Source: Chthoniobacterales bacterium
GTDB lineage: Bacteria > Verrucomicrobiota > Verrucomicrobiia > Chthoniobacterales > Chthoniobacteraceae
Length of the DNA stretch: 64,000 bases
Reading direction: 5' to 3'
Assembly: GCA_038207335.1 (NCBI GenBank)
Contig: JBBQZX010000014.1
Span: 32,001-96,000 of the forward strand
The notes under the pieces were generated by a model. It saw only the letters and a program-made list of their open reading frames with translations. It was not told the origin of the DNA and did not search any database. The first letter of the stretch is position 1. Every line of letters starts with the position of its first letter. Made by a program: the position numbers and the translations under genes. Shown piece by piece: positions 28,275-37,120 of this stretch.

Positions 28275-29557
28275 GAATTCCGGGCCGAAAACGCGGTTTG
28301 CGCGAGAGTTCGCTGAATTGCGTCGCATACTAATTCCGCGGAGCACTCTCCGCGCGCGGCGAAATGCGCGGCGGCGATGCCGGCGGCTTCGCCGGTCGCG
28401 AGGCAGGTGCCGATCACGCGGATCGACGCCTGCGCTTCGTGGCTGCACGAGATGCAGCGTCCGGCGGCGAAAAGATTGGCGTGATCGCGGGCTCGCAGTG
28501 CGCCGAGCGGGATTCCGCACGGCTGGTTGTCTGCGGGAAAGCGCAGGCGCGCGCCGCGGTTTGTTTCGCGCAATTCCATCGGCCATGTCGCGAGCGCGAC
28601 GGTGTGGGCGGGCATCGTGCTGTTTTCGAGATCAGCGGTTTCGAGTCTTGTCTGGCCGATGATTTGACGGCTTTCACGAATTCCGACGCGGGCTGGAAAT
28701 GCGGCAATGTAGCTCCCGGCAAATCCCGGGACTTCGGCACGCAGGAAGTCGGCGACGCGCACCGCGAGATCACGTCCGCGCATCTCCAAATCGGTCAAGC
28801 ACGCGGAGTCCAGCGGATCGTAGCCGGATGCGTCGAGGTCGATGGTGACATATGCCTCCCCCGCCCGACCGCTCGCGCGAATCGCCGCGCCGAGCGCACC
28901 CGCAGGCAGCGCGGCGGATTGGACCGCAGTGGCGATGCGGCGCGCGATGCGGAGACGTCCATCATCCGCTAGCGCGCAGGCATCCACACCGGTCAGCGCG
29001 AAAATGAACGCGGGCCGTTGCAAGCGATCGCTCGACTCCTGCTCGCACGCCGCGCCGCCGAGTTTGGCGGCAACCGCATCGCCGCTCGCATCGACGATCG
29101 CCGCCGCGCGCACCTTCTGCGCGCGACCGCGGCACAGCACCGTTGCACTGCGAAAGTCCCGATCGATCGCGACGACCTCCGAGTGAAACAGCACGGCGAG
29201 ATTTTCAGCATCCCGCACCATCTCGTCGGCGAGTTGCGCGAATGCCGGAGGCTGCTGCAAAAGCACATCGACGCGGCCCATTCGCACCGGCCCATTTGCG
29301 CCGCCGCGCGCGATCAGTCGCGAAGCGAATTCCATCGGGAACCCCGGATTCGCAAACACCGCGTCGCTGGGCGATCCATCCATCGGCGGCAACCGGTAAA
29401 GCCCGCAGATCGAGTGCACGAGCGCCGCGGGTGCCATCCCTCCGAGAGAGCCACCGCGCTCGACGAGCACTGTCCGAGCGCCAGCCCGCTCCGCGCCGAT
29501 CGCGGCCGCAAGCCCGGCGCTGCCACCACCGATCACGAGTACATCGACTTCCATCAT
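28271..29557 (-). CDS. FAD-dependent oxidoreductase (FAD_oxidored type)
   Basis: DVLVIGGGSAG, LGG, VDASGDA, GIRESRQIIG, IPLGAL, AAGRCIS, TGEAAG. Confidence 0.88.
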   Translation of the reverse strand: MMEVDVLVIGGGSAGLAAAIGAERAGARTVLVERGGSLGGMAPAALVHSICGLYRLPPMDGSPSDAVFANPGFPMEFASRLIARGGANGPVRMGRVDVLLQQPPAFAQLADEMVRDAENLAVLFHSEVVAIDRDFRSATVLCRGRAQKVRAAAIVDASGDAVAAKLGGAACEQESSDRLQRPAFIFALTGVDACALADDGRLRIARRIATAVQSAALPAGALGAAIRASGRAGEAYVTIDLDASGYDPLDSACLTDLEMRGRDLAVRVADFLRAEVPGFAGSYIAAFPARVGIRESRQIIGQTRLETADLENSTMPAHTVALATWPMELRETNRGARLRFPADNQPCGIPLGALRARDHANLFAAGRCISCSHEAQASIRVIGTCLATGEAAGIAAAHFAARGECSAELVCDAIQRTLAQTAFSARNS

Positions 29558-30891
29558 GCGGGTGTTTCGAGAGCCCGCTTGCCGAGCAAATCCGTCATCG
29601 TTTGTTCGACCATGATGCGCTTTTCATCGTCGGTGACGCACTCGTCGCGCCATGAAAATGTGATGTTCATCTGACCGGCGCGGTCGCCAAAAAAGATGCC
29701 TGTCCCGGGCGGTGCGCCAAGACACGGGAGGTGGTAGGCATTCGTGATCGCTGCACCGGCGAATGCGTTGATCTCGGGAGCGAAAGTTCCGGTGTGCGAA
29801 TGGAAAAACGAGGCGATCTCGCCTTTGAACTGGAACCTAACGACGCGCATGAAAACCCAGGACGGCAGCCGCATCATCAGCTCCAGCACCGTGCTGAATG
29901 ACTGGTCAAGACGCGCGCGCGACATCTCGATGAATTGCGTTTTCATCGATCGCGCGGTTTCCTCGATGGTGCCGAGATGCGCGCGGATCGCGCTGAAGAA
30001 AAAGACGCTTACCTGATTGTGAAATAGCGGTCCCCGCGCGCCTCGCCTTCTCGTTTGCACCGGCACGTTTGCGACGTATCCGCGCGGCGATTTTCCCCGA
30101 TGCTCGAAGACCCGATCATGCGCCCGGGCGGTGCAGGCGAGCAGATAGGCGAGCGGGAAAAGTTCACCGGTAGTTTCCGCGATGCGCCCCGTGACTATGC
30201 TCGTCTGCGCCGGATTGAGCGTCACCACTTGATAGGAACATCCGCGTCCGCCAGGCCGTCCATTGGAAAGCGAGGGCGCTCCGATTTTCACCAACTCGTC
30301 AAAGAGGATGACCATTCCTTTTGTCTTCTTGATTCGCTCGCGGAACGACGCGTCCAACGGCGGCTCCTCCTTCGCTTCGCACGGCTCGTCGATGCCGTCG
30401 CAGAGCCGCGCGAGCTCCCCCAGCACGAGTTCCGCGCCTTTGCCATCGACGATCAGGTGCAGCCACGAAAAGCACAGTAGCGCAGTGCCATCCACGCGCC
30501 TCACGACATCGAGGCGGGCGTTGAAATTCATACCGTCGCGGGCAAGCGGCTCGGCGGCGATTCTCTGCAGGGCGATGTCGAGACTTTCACCCCGAACCAG
30601 CTCCCAGACGCGCATCGGCAGGCCACCAATGGGTGGCTCAGGGACGTCCCAAAATGGCAGCCATGTCCGCCAATCGCGTCGGAGTCGCGCGGCTAGGATC
30701 GGGTGCTTTTCCACGAGCCGGCACGAGGCGGCGCGCAGCGTCTCCTGATCGGGCGCGCGCTCCAATTCGAGCACGGAAATGCTGATATGCGCCCCCTGCC
30801 CCGTGCGCCGCATGAATGAATCGAGCGCGAGCAGGAAGCAATCGGCGACGCGGACGGGGATTCGGCTGACGCCTTTCGCCGCGACCGCCAT
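29554..30891 (-). CDS. Stand-alone condensation-domain-like acyltransferase
   Basis: WLHLIVDGKG resembles HHxxxDG; LVEKHPILAARL and VPVQTR resemble C-domain core motifs; about 445 aa; adjacent to the ACP gene. Confidence 0.7.
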   Translation of the reverse strand: MAVAAKGVSRIPVRVADCFLLALDSFMRRTGQGAHISISVLELERAPDQETLRAASCRLVEKHPILAARLRRDWRTWLPFWDVPEPPIGGLPMRVWELVRGESLDIALQRIAAEPLARDGMNFNARLDVVRRVDGTALLCFSWLHLIVDGKGAELVLGELARLCDGIDEPCEAKEEPPLDASFRERIKKTKGMVILFDELVKIGAPSLSNGRPGGRGCSYQVVTLNPAQTSIVTGRIAETTGELFPLAYLLACTARAHDRVFEHRGKSPRGYVANVPVQTRRRGARGPLFHNQVSVFFFSAIRAHLGTIEETARSMKTQFIEMSRARLDQSFSTVLELMMRLPSWVFMRVVRFQFKGEIASFFHSHTGTFAPEINAFAGAAITNAYHLPCLGAPPGTGIFFGDRAGQMNITFSWRDECVTDDEKRIMVEQTMTDLLGKRALETPA

Positions 30892-30895
30892 CGCG

Positions 30896-31168
30896 CTACG
30901 CAGCGCGTGCGGTGTGCTCGCGGATGCGCTGCGCGAGATGCCGGGTCGTGCTGAAGTTGTGCCGCGTCAGATCGCTCTCCGGGATCGCCACGCCGTATTC
31001 CTCCTCGACGAGCACGAGAAGCTGCATGATCGCCATCGAATCGAGCCCGTTATCATACAGATTAGAGTCCGCATCGAAGCCGGGCTGAGTCTCTAGCAAC
31101 CGCTCGCGAATGAGAGTCACCAGTTGTTTTTCGAGCGGTTCGTGGGCGGGAATCGGTTGGCTGGCCAT
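30896..31168 (-). CDS. Acyl carrier protein
   Basis: Acidic, 90 aa; GLDSMAIMQL phosphopantetheine motif; EEEYGVAIP...NFST. Confidence 0.93.
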   Translation of the reverse strand: MASQPIPAHEPLEKQLVTLIRERLLETQPGFDADSNLYDNGLDSMAIMQLLVLVEEEYGVAIPESDLTRHNFSTTRHLAQRIREHTARAA

Positions 31169-31186
31169 CGTTTGGAGCGCGGTGAT

Positions 31187-32047
31187 CTAGCCGACCGGAC
31201 GGAGCGAGTCAAGCGGCAGGCTGGCGAGCATTTCGCGGTGTTCCGCGACGGTCGCACGCCCCTGTTCCACGCAGCGCGCTCCGACTTTTCCGAGCGACAG
31301 GATGCCGGGCCGCGTAGCCTCCGTACGGAGGAAAAGCACGCGCTTTCCAGCAGCGTGCGCGAGCTCGGTTTTAAGCCTCAGCAGCTCGCCGCAGATGATT
31401 TCGTGCGAAAGCCCCGCCGCTCCCGCGATGGTGAGCCGCGTCTGATTTTCGCGCACCGCTGAGCCGTGGCTGTCCACGCTGTGGACAATGATCGTGTCGA
31501 TCTCTGGGTCGCCGATCCAGTGATCGAAAGGGAGCGCATTCGCAATGCCACCGTCCCAATAGATCTGCCCGCCGATCTCGCGCGCGGCGAACATTCCGGG
31601 ATACGCGCCGCTCGCGAGGATGAATTCGGCGAGCGGCCCGCGTGTTGCGATTTCAGTGCGCGCGGCGGTGAGATTCGTGACTGCGATCGCGAGCCGTGGA
31701 GCGGTGCACTCCTCGATCCGGCGTCCTCCGATGTGGGATTTCAAAAGCGCGAGCGCGTGATGTCCGCGCACCGCTCCGAGATGGCCGGGACGATTCGCGA
31801 CCGTGGCGAGGCTGCGGAAAGGCGCGCCCATTTCGAAAAAAGTGCGGCGCAAATCGGGATGGAGCAGTAGCTCGATCACGCGCTGCGGCTCGAGCCCGGC
31901 CGCTAGCAGGCCGGCGACGAGCGCACCCGCCGAGGCGCCGCTGAGAGCGACGGGGCGGATGCCGAGTTCCATGAGCGCGCCCATGAAACCGGCGTGCGCG
32001 AAGAAGCCGAGGAATGAGGAATTGAGGCAGACAGCGACGCGGGACAT
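31187..32047 (-). CDS. Patatin-like phospholipase/acyl hydrolase
   Basis: SSFLGFFAHAG (variant oxyanion loop), GASAG nucleophile, ASGAYP, DGG. Confidence 0.88.
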   Translation of the reverse strand: MSRVAVCLNSSFLGFFAHAGFMGALMELGIRPVALSGASAGALVAGLLAAGLEPQRVIELLLHPDLRRTFFEMGAPFRSLATVANRPGHLGAVRGHHALALLKSHIGGRRIEECTAPRLAIAVTNLTAARTEIATRGPLAEFILASGAYPGMFAAREIGGQIYWDGGIANALPFDHWIGDPEIDTIIVHSVDSHGSAVRENQTRLTIAGAAGLSHEIICGELLRLKTELAHAAGKRVLFLRTEATRPGILSLGKVGARCVEQGRATVAEHREMLASLPLDSLRPVG

Positions 32048-32098
32048 TGGAGAAATTTGGAATTCAGCGACGCGTCTTCGCCGCGCGCGATCGAAGAT

Positions 32099-32755
32099 TC
32101 ATCGTTCAGAATCCCTCGTTTCCGCCCTCTCTATCTCTTCGTTCAGCCCGCGGAAAGCGCGCTGCAATTCCGCCGTCATCTCGGTGCAGGCTTCGTGTTT
32201 CGGGAGGTCGCGGCGCGGGGAAATCGGCTCGCCGTATGCTACGGCGAATCGCGTCCGAGCAAGTGGGAGCCAGCTTTGCCAGCGGCGGAAACGTTCGCTC
32301 CCGCGCACCACGCATGGCAGCACCGGCACGCCCGCGAGTTGCGCAAGCCGGCAGATGCCATCGCGGATTTCGCCGCCAGAGAGCACGGAAGTTTCGTCAG
32401 ATCGCAACCCCCCTTCCGGAAACATGCCAACGACTCGCCCGGCATGCAGATGCCGCAGCAGGATGCGCAACGTGGCGCTGTCGGCACGGCTGCGGTCGAG
32501 GGGGCTCGCGAGCATCCCGGTGAGAAACCAGCGCATGAATGGGTTCCCGAAAATCTCCACGATGCTCAGCCAATAGATGACTCGCGGCGTGGTGGCGATG
32601 ATCAGCGGAGCGTCGAACTCGCTCCCGTGATTAGCCGCGAGGATGCAAGCGCCAGTCCGATCAGCGCGGGATCGGTGCAGCACGAGCGGGTCGGACGCGA
32701 CGCGGAAAATCATACCCCCGATGAGCCGCACGACTTTGTAAAAAACTTCGCTCAA
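32099..32755 (-). CDS. Lysophospholipid (PlsC-like) acyltransferase B
   Basis: NHGSEFD (HxxxxD), MFPEGG, VPVLP, YGEPI; TTG start overlaps the upstream stop. Confidence 0.88.
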   Translation of the reverse strand: MSEVFYKVVRLIGGMIFRVASDPLVLHRSRADRTGACILAANHGSEFDAPLIIATTPRVIYWLSIVEIFGNPFMRWFLTGMLASPLDRSRADSATLRILLRHLHAGRVVGMFPEGGLRSDETSVLSGGEIRDGICRLAQLAGVPVLPCVVRGSERFRRWQSWLPLARTRFAVAYGEPISPRRDLPKHEACTEMTAELQRAFRGLNEEIERAETRDSER

Positions 32756-33516
32756 GGCACGATGCTCTCGTCGAGACCGAATCGCTCGCGCATCTCGGCA
32801 AACAGCGCGACGAATGAACGCTCGATTTTCTCCGCCATTTCCGCGCGGGCGGCGCGACGATCGGTTCCGATGATCGGCGAGATCGGCTCGCCACGCATCA
32901 CCCAGAGCCGTCCGCGGAGATACGGCATCCACGGCCCGGGGTGATTCAGCTTGTCCGTCCCGACGATGATGCACGGCACCACAGGCCTCCCGCTGCGCGC
33001 CGCGAGGAGGCACGCGCCGCGCTTGATCTTGCCACCGCGCAGCACGGAATCCGCGCCCGTCTTGATTTCACCCTCGACAAAAAGCCCGACCACTTCGCCC
33101 GCTCCGAGCCGCTCCAGCGCCGTACGAATCGCGCTCACAGCGACACCCTGCCGATTCACCGGAAACGCCAGCGAGAGCCGGAGCAGTGCAGCGCTCCAGC
33201 GGCGGCGAAAAAACTCGATGCGCGACATCCACGCGACCCGCTCCGGCAGGATCGCGCCGATGCAAAACGGATCGAGATGACTGACGTGGCTGCACGCGAG
33301 AATGCAGCCGCCTTCCACCGCGCCGCGCGAAGCCGTGCGAATACGGATCGTCATCGAGAGCACCGCGCGGATCAGCACCCGCCCGATGCTGTAAAACACA
33401 GGGCTCGGCAGGCGCGTGCGTCTCGCGAGCGGTTGGATTTTCACGCCCTCCCTCCAGTCGGAAAGTCCCGCCTGCTGCACCCCTCCTCCGCTCGCCTGTG
33501 TTCCGTGCGACTCCAT
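32752..33516 (-). CDS. Lysophospholipid (PlsC-like) acyltransferase A
   Basis: SHVSHLD (HxxxxD), FPVNR, LFVEGE, PVVPC, GEPI. Confidence 0.88.
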   Translation of the reverse strand: MESHGTQASGGGVQQAGLSDWREGVKIQPLARRTRLPSPVFYSIGRVLIRAVLSMTIRIRTASRGAVEGGCILACSHVSHLDPFCIGAILPERVAWMSRIEFFRRRWSAALLRLSLAFPVNRQGVAVSAIRTALERLGAGEVVGLFVEGEIKTGADSVLRGGKIKRGACLLAARSGRPVVPCIIVGTDKLNHPGPWMPYLRGRLWVMRGEPISPIIGTDRRAARAEMAEKIERSFVALFAEMRERFGLDESIVP

Positions 33517-33519
33517 TTT

Positions 33520-34293
33520 TCAGATCAATTGTTCATCCGTCGGGATCACAAACGCATACCCGATTCGCTGCAATTCTTCGATCACGCGCAGGATGCCCTC
33601 CACGCTCCGCGGCCGGCCTTCATGCAGCACCACGATCGCGCCGGGATGCACCTGCCGCAGCACGCGCCGCACGACCGTCTCAGGGTCGCTCGCCAGCCCG
33701 TCCCGCCCGCGCACGCTCCACGCGATGAGCCGCATGTCGCGCGCGGCGAGCTCGCGGTGGAGAAAGACGTGCTTCAATCCGACGGGCGAGCGGAACCACC
33801 GGCGCACCGTCACACCCGCCCGCGAGAGCGCTTCATCGCAGGCATCCAGCTCGCGCCGAAGCATCGCCGGAAGCAGCCACCAGAAGTGCGACGCCGGGTG
33901 CGTGTGCGTGTGATTCGCGAGCGTGTGGCCCGCCGCCTGGCACTGCTCGGCATGTCCCGGCTGCGCGTCGAGACTGCGTCCTTTCACAAAAAAAGTCGCC
34001 CTCACGCCGCGCCGCCGCAGCTCCTCCGCGAGGCCACCGCTCGCCTCGCCCGAGGGTCCGTCATCGATTGTCAGCCAGACCTGTTTTCCCGTCGCCCGGA
34101 ACCGCGTCACCACCGGCCCGAGCCAGCCGCAGCGCGGTGCAGTGAGCGCGTAAATTAGCGCCGCATGAGCGAGCGCCGCCCCAGCGATCAGCCCCCACAC
34201 GTGAAAGCCGGTCGAGAAAACCGCCACCGGCGCGCCCAGATTTGCCAACAGCAGGCCGCGTCGGAGCAAGGTGGGGTGGACAGTAAGGGCCAT
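33520..34293 (-). CDS. Membrane-anchored polysaccharide deacetylase (NodB/CE4)
   Basis: N-terminal hydrophobic segment; LTIDDGP, ATFFVKG, NHTHTH, FRSPVG, IVVLHE; start 34293 or 34314. Confidence 0.9.
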   Translation of the reverse strand: MALTVHPTLLRRGLLLANLGAPVAVFSTGFHVWGLIAGAALAHAALIYALTAPRCGWLGPVVTRFRATGKQVWLTIDDGPSGEASGGLAEELRRRGVRATFFVKGRSLDAQPGHAEQCQAAGHTLANHTHTHPASHFWWLLPAMLRRELDACDEALSRAGVTVRRWFRSPVGLKHVFLHRELAARDMRLIAWSVRGRDGLASDPETVVRRVLRQVHPGAIVVLHEGRPRSVEGILRVIEELQRIGYAFVIPTDEQLI

Positions 34294-34458
34294 GAACGCG
34301 GCGACGTGTACCACGCACTCCGCAACCGCCGCAGCAATTTTTGAAGATCGCCGCGGGTTCAGCGAAAGTGAGGCGCAAGGATTTGCAGAGGTGCGGTGCT
34401 GCGATAGGCTGGCGGGATTTCGGAGGACTCTCGTCCCTCGTCTGAAACGGACACGCCT

Positions 34459-37032
34459 ATGAAAACCATCGTCCTCTTTGCCTCCGCCCTACTCGCTACG
34501 CTCGAGCCGGTTCTGGCGCGGCCGTATTATACTTTCAGCAAGGTCGCCGACAGTGGCGACGGGACGATCACGAATTCGGAATTTCCCGGCGCGCCCGCGA
34601 TCAATGCCAGCGGGGTGGTGACCTTTCGAGCGAAGGTGCCGGGGGTGGGCGTGGAAATTTTATCTGGAAGCAGCGCGGATGGAGGGACGGTCACGACGCT
34701 GGCGCAAGTGGGAGCCCAATTCGATGAGCTGGGCGTGCCCGCGATCAATGCGAGCGGGACGGTGGCCTTTCGCGCCACCGATTTGTCCGCGGCGAACTTT
34801 GGCATTTTCACGGTGCCGAGCACGGGCGGAGCGCTCACGACCATCGCGGACAATGCCACCAACTTCGTCAGCTCCGATGACCCGGCGATCGATGACGCCG
34901 GGACGCTTGCCTTCTCGGGTGCCGAGCGGAATGGGGCCGGCGGGGCCAAGTTGACGGGCTTGTATGAAAGCACTGCGCCCGGCACGCGGGCGTTGCTTTT
35001 TGATACTGATGAGCCGACGGGGGCCTTCAGCGCGGTGGGCATCCGGGCGCTGGAGAATGGTCGGCTTCTTTTCTCCGGCACGCTTCGGGCGAGCGGTGTG
35101 AACGGGACTTACTCGAGCGCGGGCGGCAACCCGACGCGGGTAGCTGGGACCGGCTACGGGTCGGTCAACGCCTCCGGAAAGATCGCGCTGGTGGAGCCAT
35201 TGAGCGGCTTCAAGTTCAACGTGGTGACGATCGAGCCGGGGAGAGGCGCGAAGATCTTTACGCAATCGGCGGCGATGGGGCTCTCAGGCTCACCCAGCAC
35301 TCCTGCAATTAATGCGGGCGGCGACGTCATTTTCAGCGGGCCGGTGGTGAAAGCCGGAACGTTCCGCTACGGAGTTTTTCGCGGCCCGCGTTCCGTCGGG
35401 GATCGGCTTTTTGGCACCGGGACGCCGCTGTTCGGATCGAAGATCGTCTTTGTGCAGGTATCGAAAGACGCGCTGAACGACAGCGGGCAGATTGCTTTCG
35501 CCTACGGGCTCGTGAACAACCAACTCGGCGTGGCCATCGCGACGCCGACGACGCCCCCCGCACCGCCAGTGCCGGTCGTCGTCGCGACGAAAGGCGCGAC
35601 CGTCACGGCGCAGGCGGACGGCTCGACGTATGCGAGTTTCGGTCGGGCGCAGACCGGGGATTTTTCCGGCAAGATCAAGACCGGCGCGGTCAGCTCCACG
35701 GCGATCTTCGGCGATGATGGCCGACTCCTGCTGAAGTCCGGCGCGACCGGCTCGCAACTCATCGGCACCACGCCCGCCAAGCTCGGCGAGCCGAGCGGCG
35801 ACTCGGCGCTCGTCGGCTTGAAACCGAATGCCGCGGCTGGCGTGACCACCTCGAATAGCACGCTGCTGCTCACCGGCCTCGCGAGCGGATGGCCATCATT
35901 GAGCGCACGGACCGGGACGATGCAGACCGGCCTGCCCTCCGGCGTGACGATTAAAACTTTCGGCGCGCTCGACGCCCGCGGGACGGCCGCATTTTTCCTT
36001 GCGACGCTGCAAGGCACCGGCATCACCGCGAAAAACAACCTAGCACTCTGCGCATCGCCCGGCGACGGCAGCGTGCGTGTGCTCGTGAAAAAAGGCGACC
36101 TGGTGGATGGAAAAACCGTCTCGCTCATCGGCACTTTGGTCGCCAGCAAAGGCACGCTCGCCGAGGGCCGCTGGCGCGCCGACGACACGGACTTCGTCGT
36201 GCGCCTGAGCTTCGCCGACAAGAGCCAAGCCGTCTGCCTCATCCCCGCGACCGCCACGGGCCCGGCGGATTGGACGATGGCATTTGCGAGCGGCGCGGTC
36301 AGCAATCTCGCCGCGCTCAACGGCACGACGATTACGAGCTTCGGCCTCCCCGGCTTCGGCCCCGGCGGCACTTGCGCGACGCTCGCCAATCTCGCCACAG
36401 CGACCGCAGGCCCGACCGCCGCCAACAAAGTTGCGCTCATCACCCGCCGCGGCACCGCCACGCCGACGCTGCTCGCGCGCACCGGCGATACGATCCCTGC
36501 AGACGCCGACGGCACGCCTTTGAGCGTCGTGAAAATCAAAACCCTCAGCGACCCCATCGTCGGCGCGAACGGCTCCATCGCCTTCCTCCTCACCGCCACC
36601 GATTCGCACCTCGGAACCTGCATCGCCTATTCCGCAAACGGCCTCACCTGGAGCATCCTCGCCAACACCGGCGCGCTCGCGCCCTTCGACGGCGCATGGC
36701 TCGCATTTAAGTCCCTCGTCCTACCCGACGGCGCGGCTGGCCGGCCCGTCTTTCTTGCGACCTTGAAGCCCGACAAACTCGAAAACATCACCACGAAAAA
36801 CAACCTCAGCCTCTGCGGCATCGACAGCACCGGCCTGCTGCGAAATCTGATGCATACGGGTCAGGAAGTCGTTACCTCCGGCGGCACGAAGACGATCAAA
36901 ACGTTCACGACTTTGCTCCCTGCGACCGGCACCATCGGCGCAGCCAGCGGTCACGATTCCACCGGGAAAGTGAGCGCGCTGGCCACCTTCACCGACAACT
37001 CGCAAGCGCTCCTGCGCATCACAATTCCGTAG
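34459..37032 (+). CDS. Secreted 857-aa protein with NxxGxxAF-type tandem repeats and a Thr/Gly-rich C-terminal region
   Basis: Signal peptide; repeats PAINASGVVTF, PAINASGTVAF, PAIDDAGTLAF, PAINAGGDVIF, ALNDSGQIAF; Pro-rich linker. Confidence 0.8.
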   Translation: MKTIVLFASALLATLEPVLARPYYTFSKVADSGDGTITNSEFPGAPAINASGVVTFRAKVPGVGVEILSGSSADGGTVTTLAQVGAQFDELGVPAINASGTVAFRATDLSAANFGIFTVPSTGGALTTIADNATNFVSSDDPAIDDAGTLAFSGAERNGAGGAKLTGLYESTAPGTRALLFDTDEPTGAFSAVGIRALENGRLLFSGTLRASGVNGTYSSAGGNPTRVAGTGYGSVNASGKIALVEPLSGFKFNVVTIEPGRGAKIFTQSAAMGLSGSPSTPAINAGGDVIFSGPVVKAGTFRYGVFRGPRSVGDRLFGTGTPLFGSKIVFVQVSKDALNDSGQIAFAYGLVNNQLGVAIATPTTPPAPPVPVVVATKGATVTAQADGSTYASFGRAQTGDFSGKIKTGAVSSTAIFGDDGRLLLKSGATGSQLIGTTPAKLGEPSGDSALVGLKPNAAAGVTTSNSTLLLTGLASGWPSLSARTGTMQTGLPSGVTIKTFGALDARGTAAFFLATLQGTGITAKNNLALCASPGDGSVRVLVKKGDLVDGKTVSLIGTLVASKGTLAEGRWRADDTDFVVRLSFADKSQAVCLIPATATGPADWTMAFASGAVSNLAALNGTTITSFGLPGFGPGGTCATLANLATATAGPTAANKVALITRRGTATPTLLARTGDTIPADADGTPLSVVKIKTLSDPIVGANGSIAFLLTATDSHLGTCIAYSANGLTWSILANTGALAPFDGAWLAFKSLVLPDGAAGRPVFLATLKPDKLENITTKNNLSLCGIDSTGLLRNLMHTGQEVVTSGGTKTIKTFTTLLPATGTIGAASGHDSTGKVSALATFTDNSQALLRITIP

Positions 37033-37120
37033 GTGGAGAATGCCAGTCGGTTTTATTGCGAAAGGGGCCGCCCTGCTGAGTTGTCCCCGTCCTGTCGGCG
37101 TGTAGTGTCCCGCACCGTTC

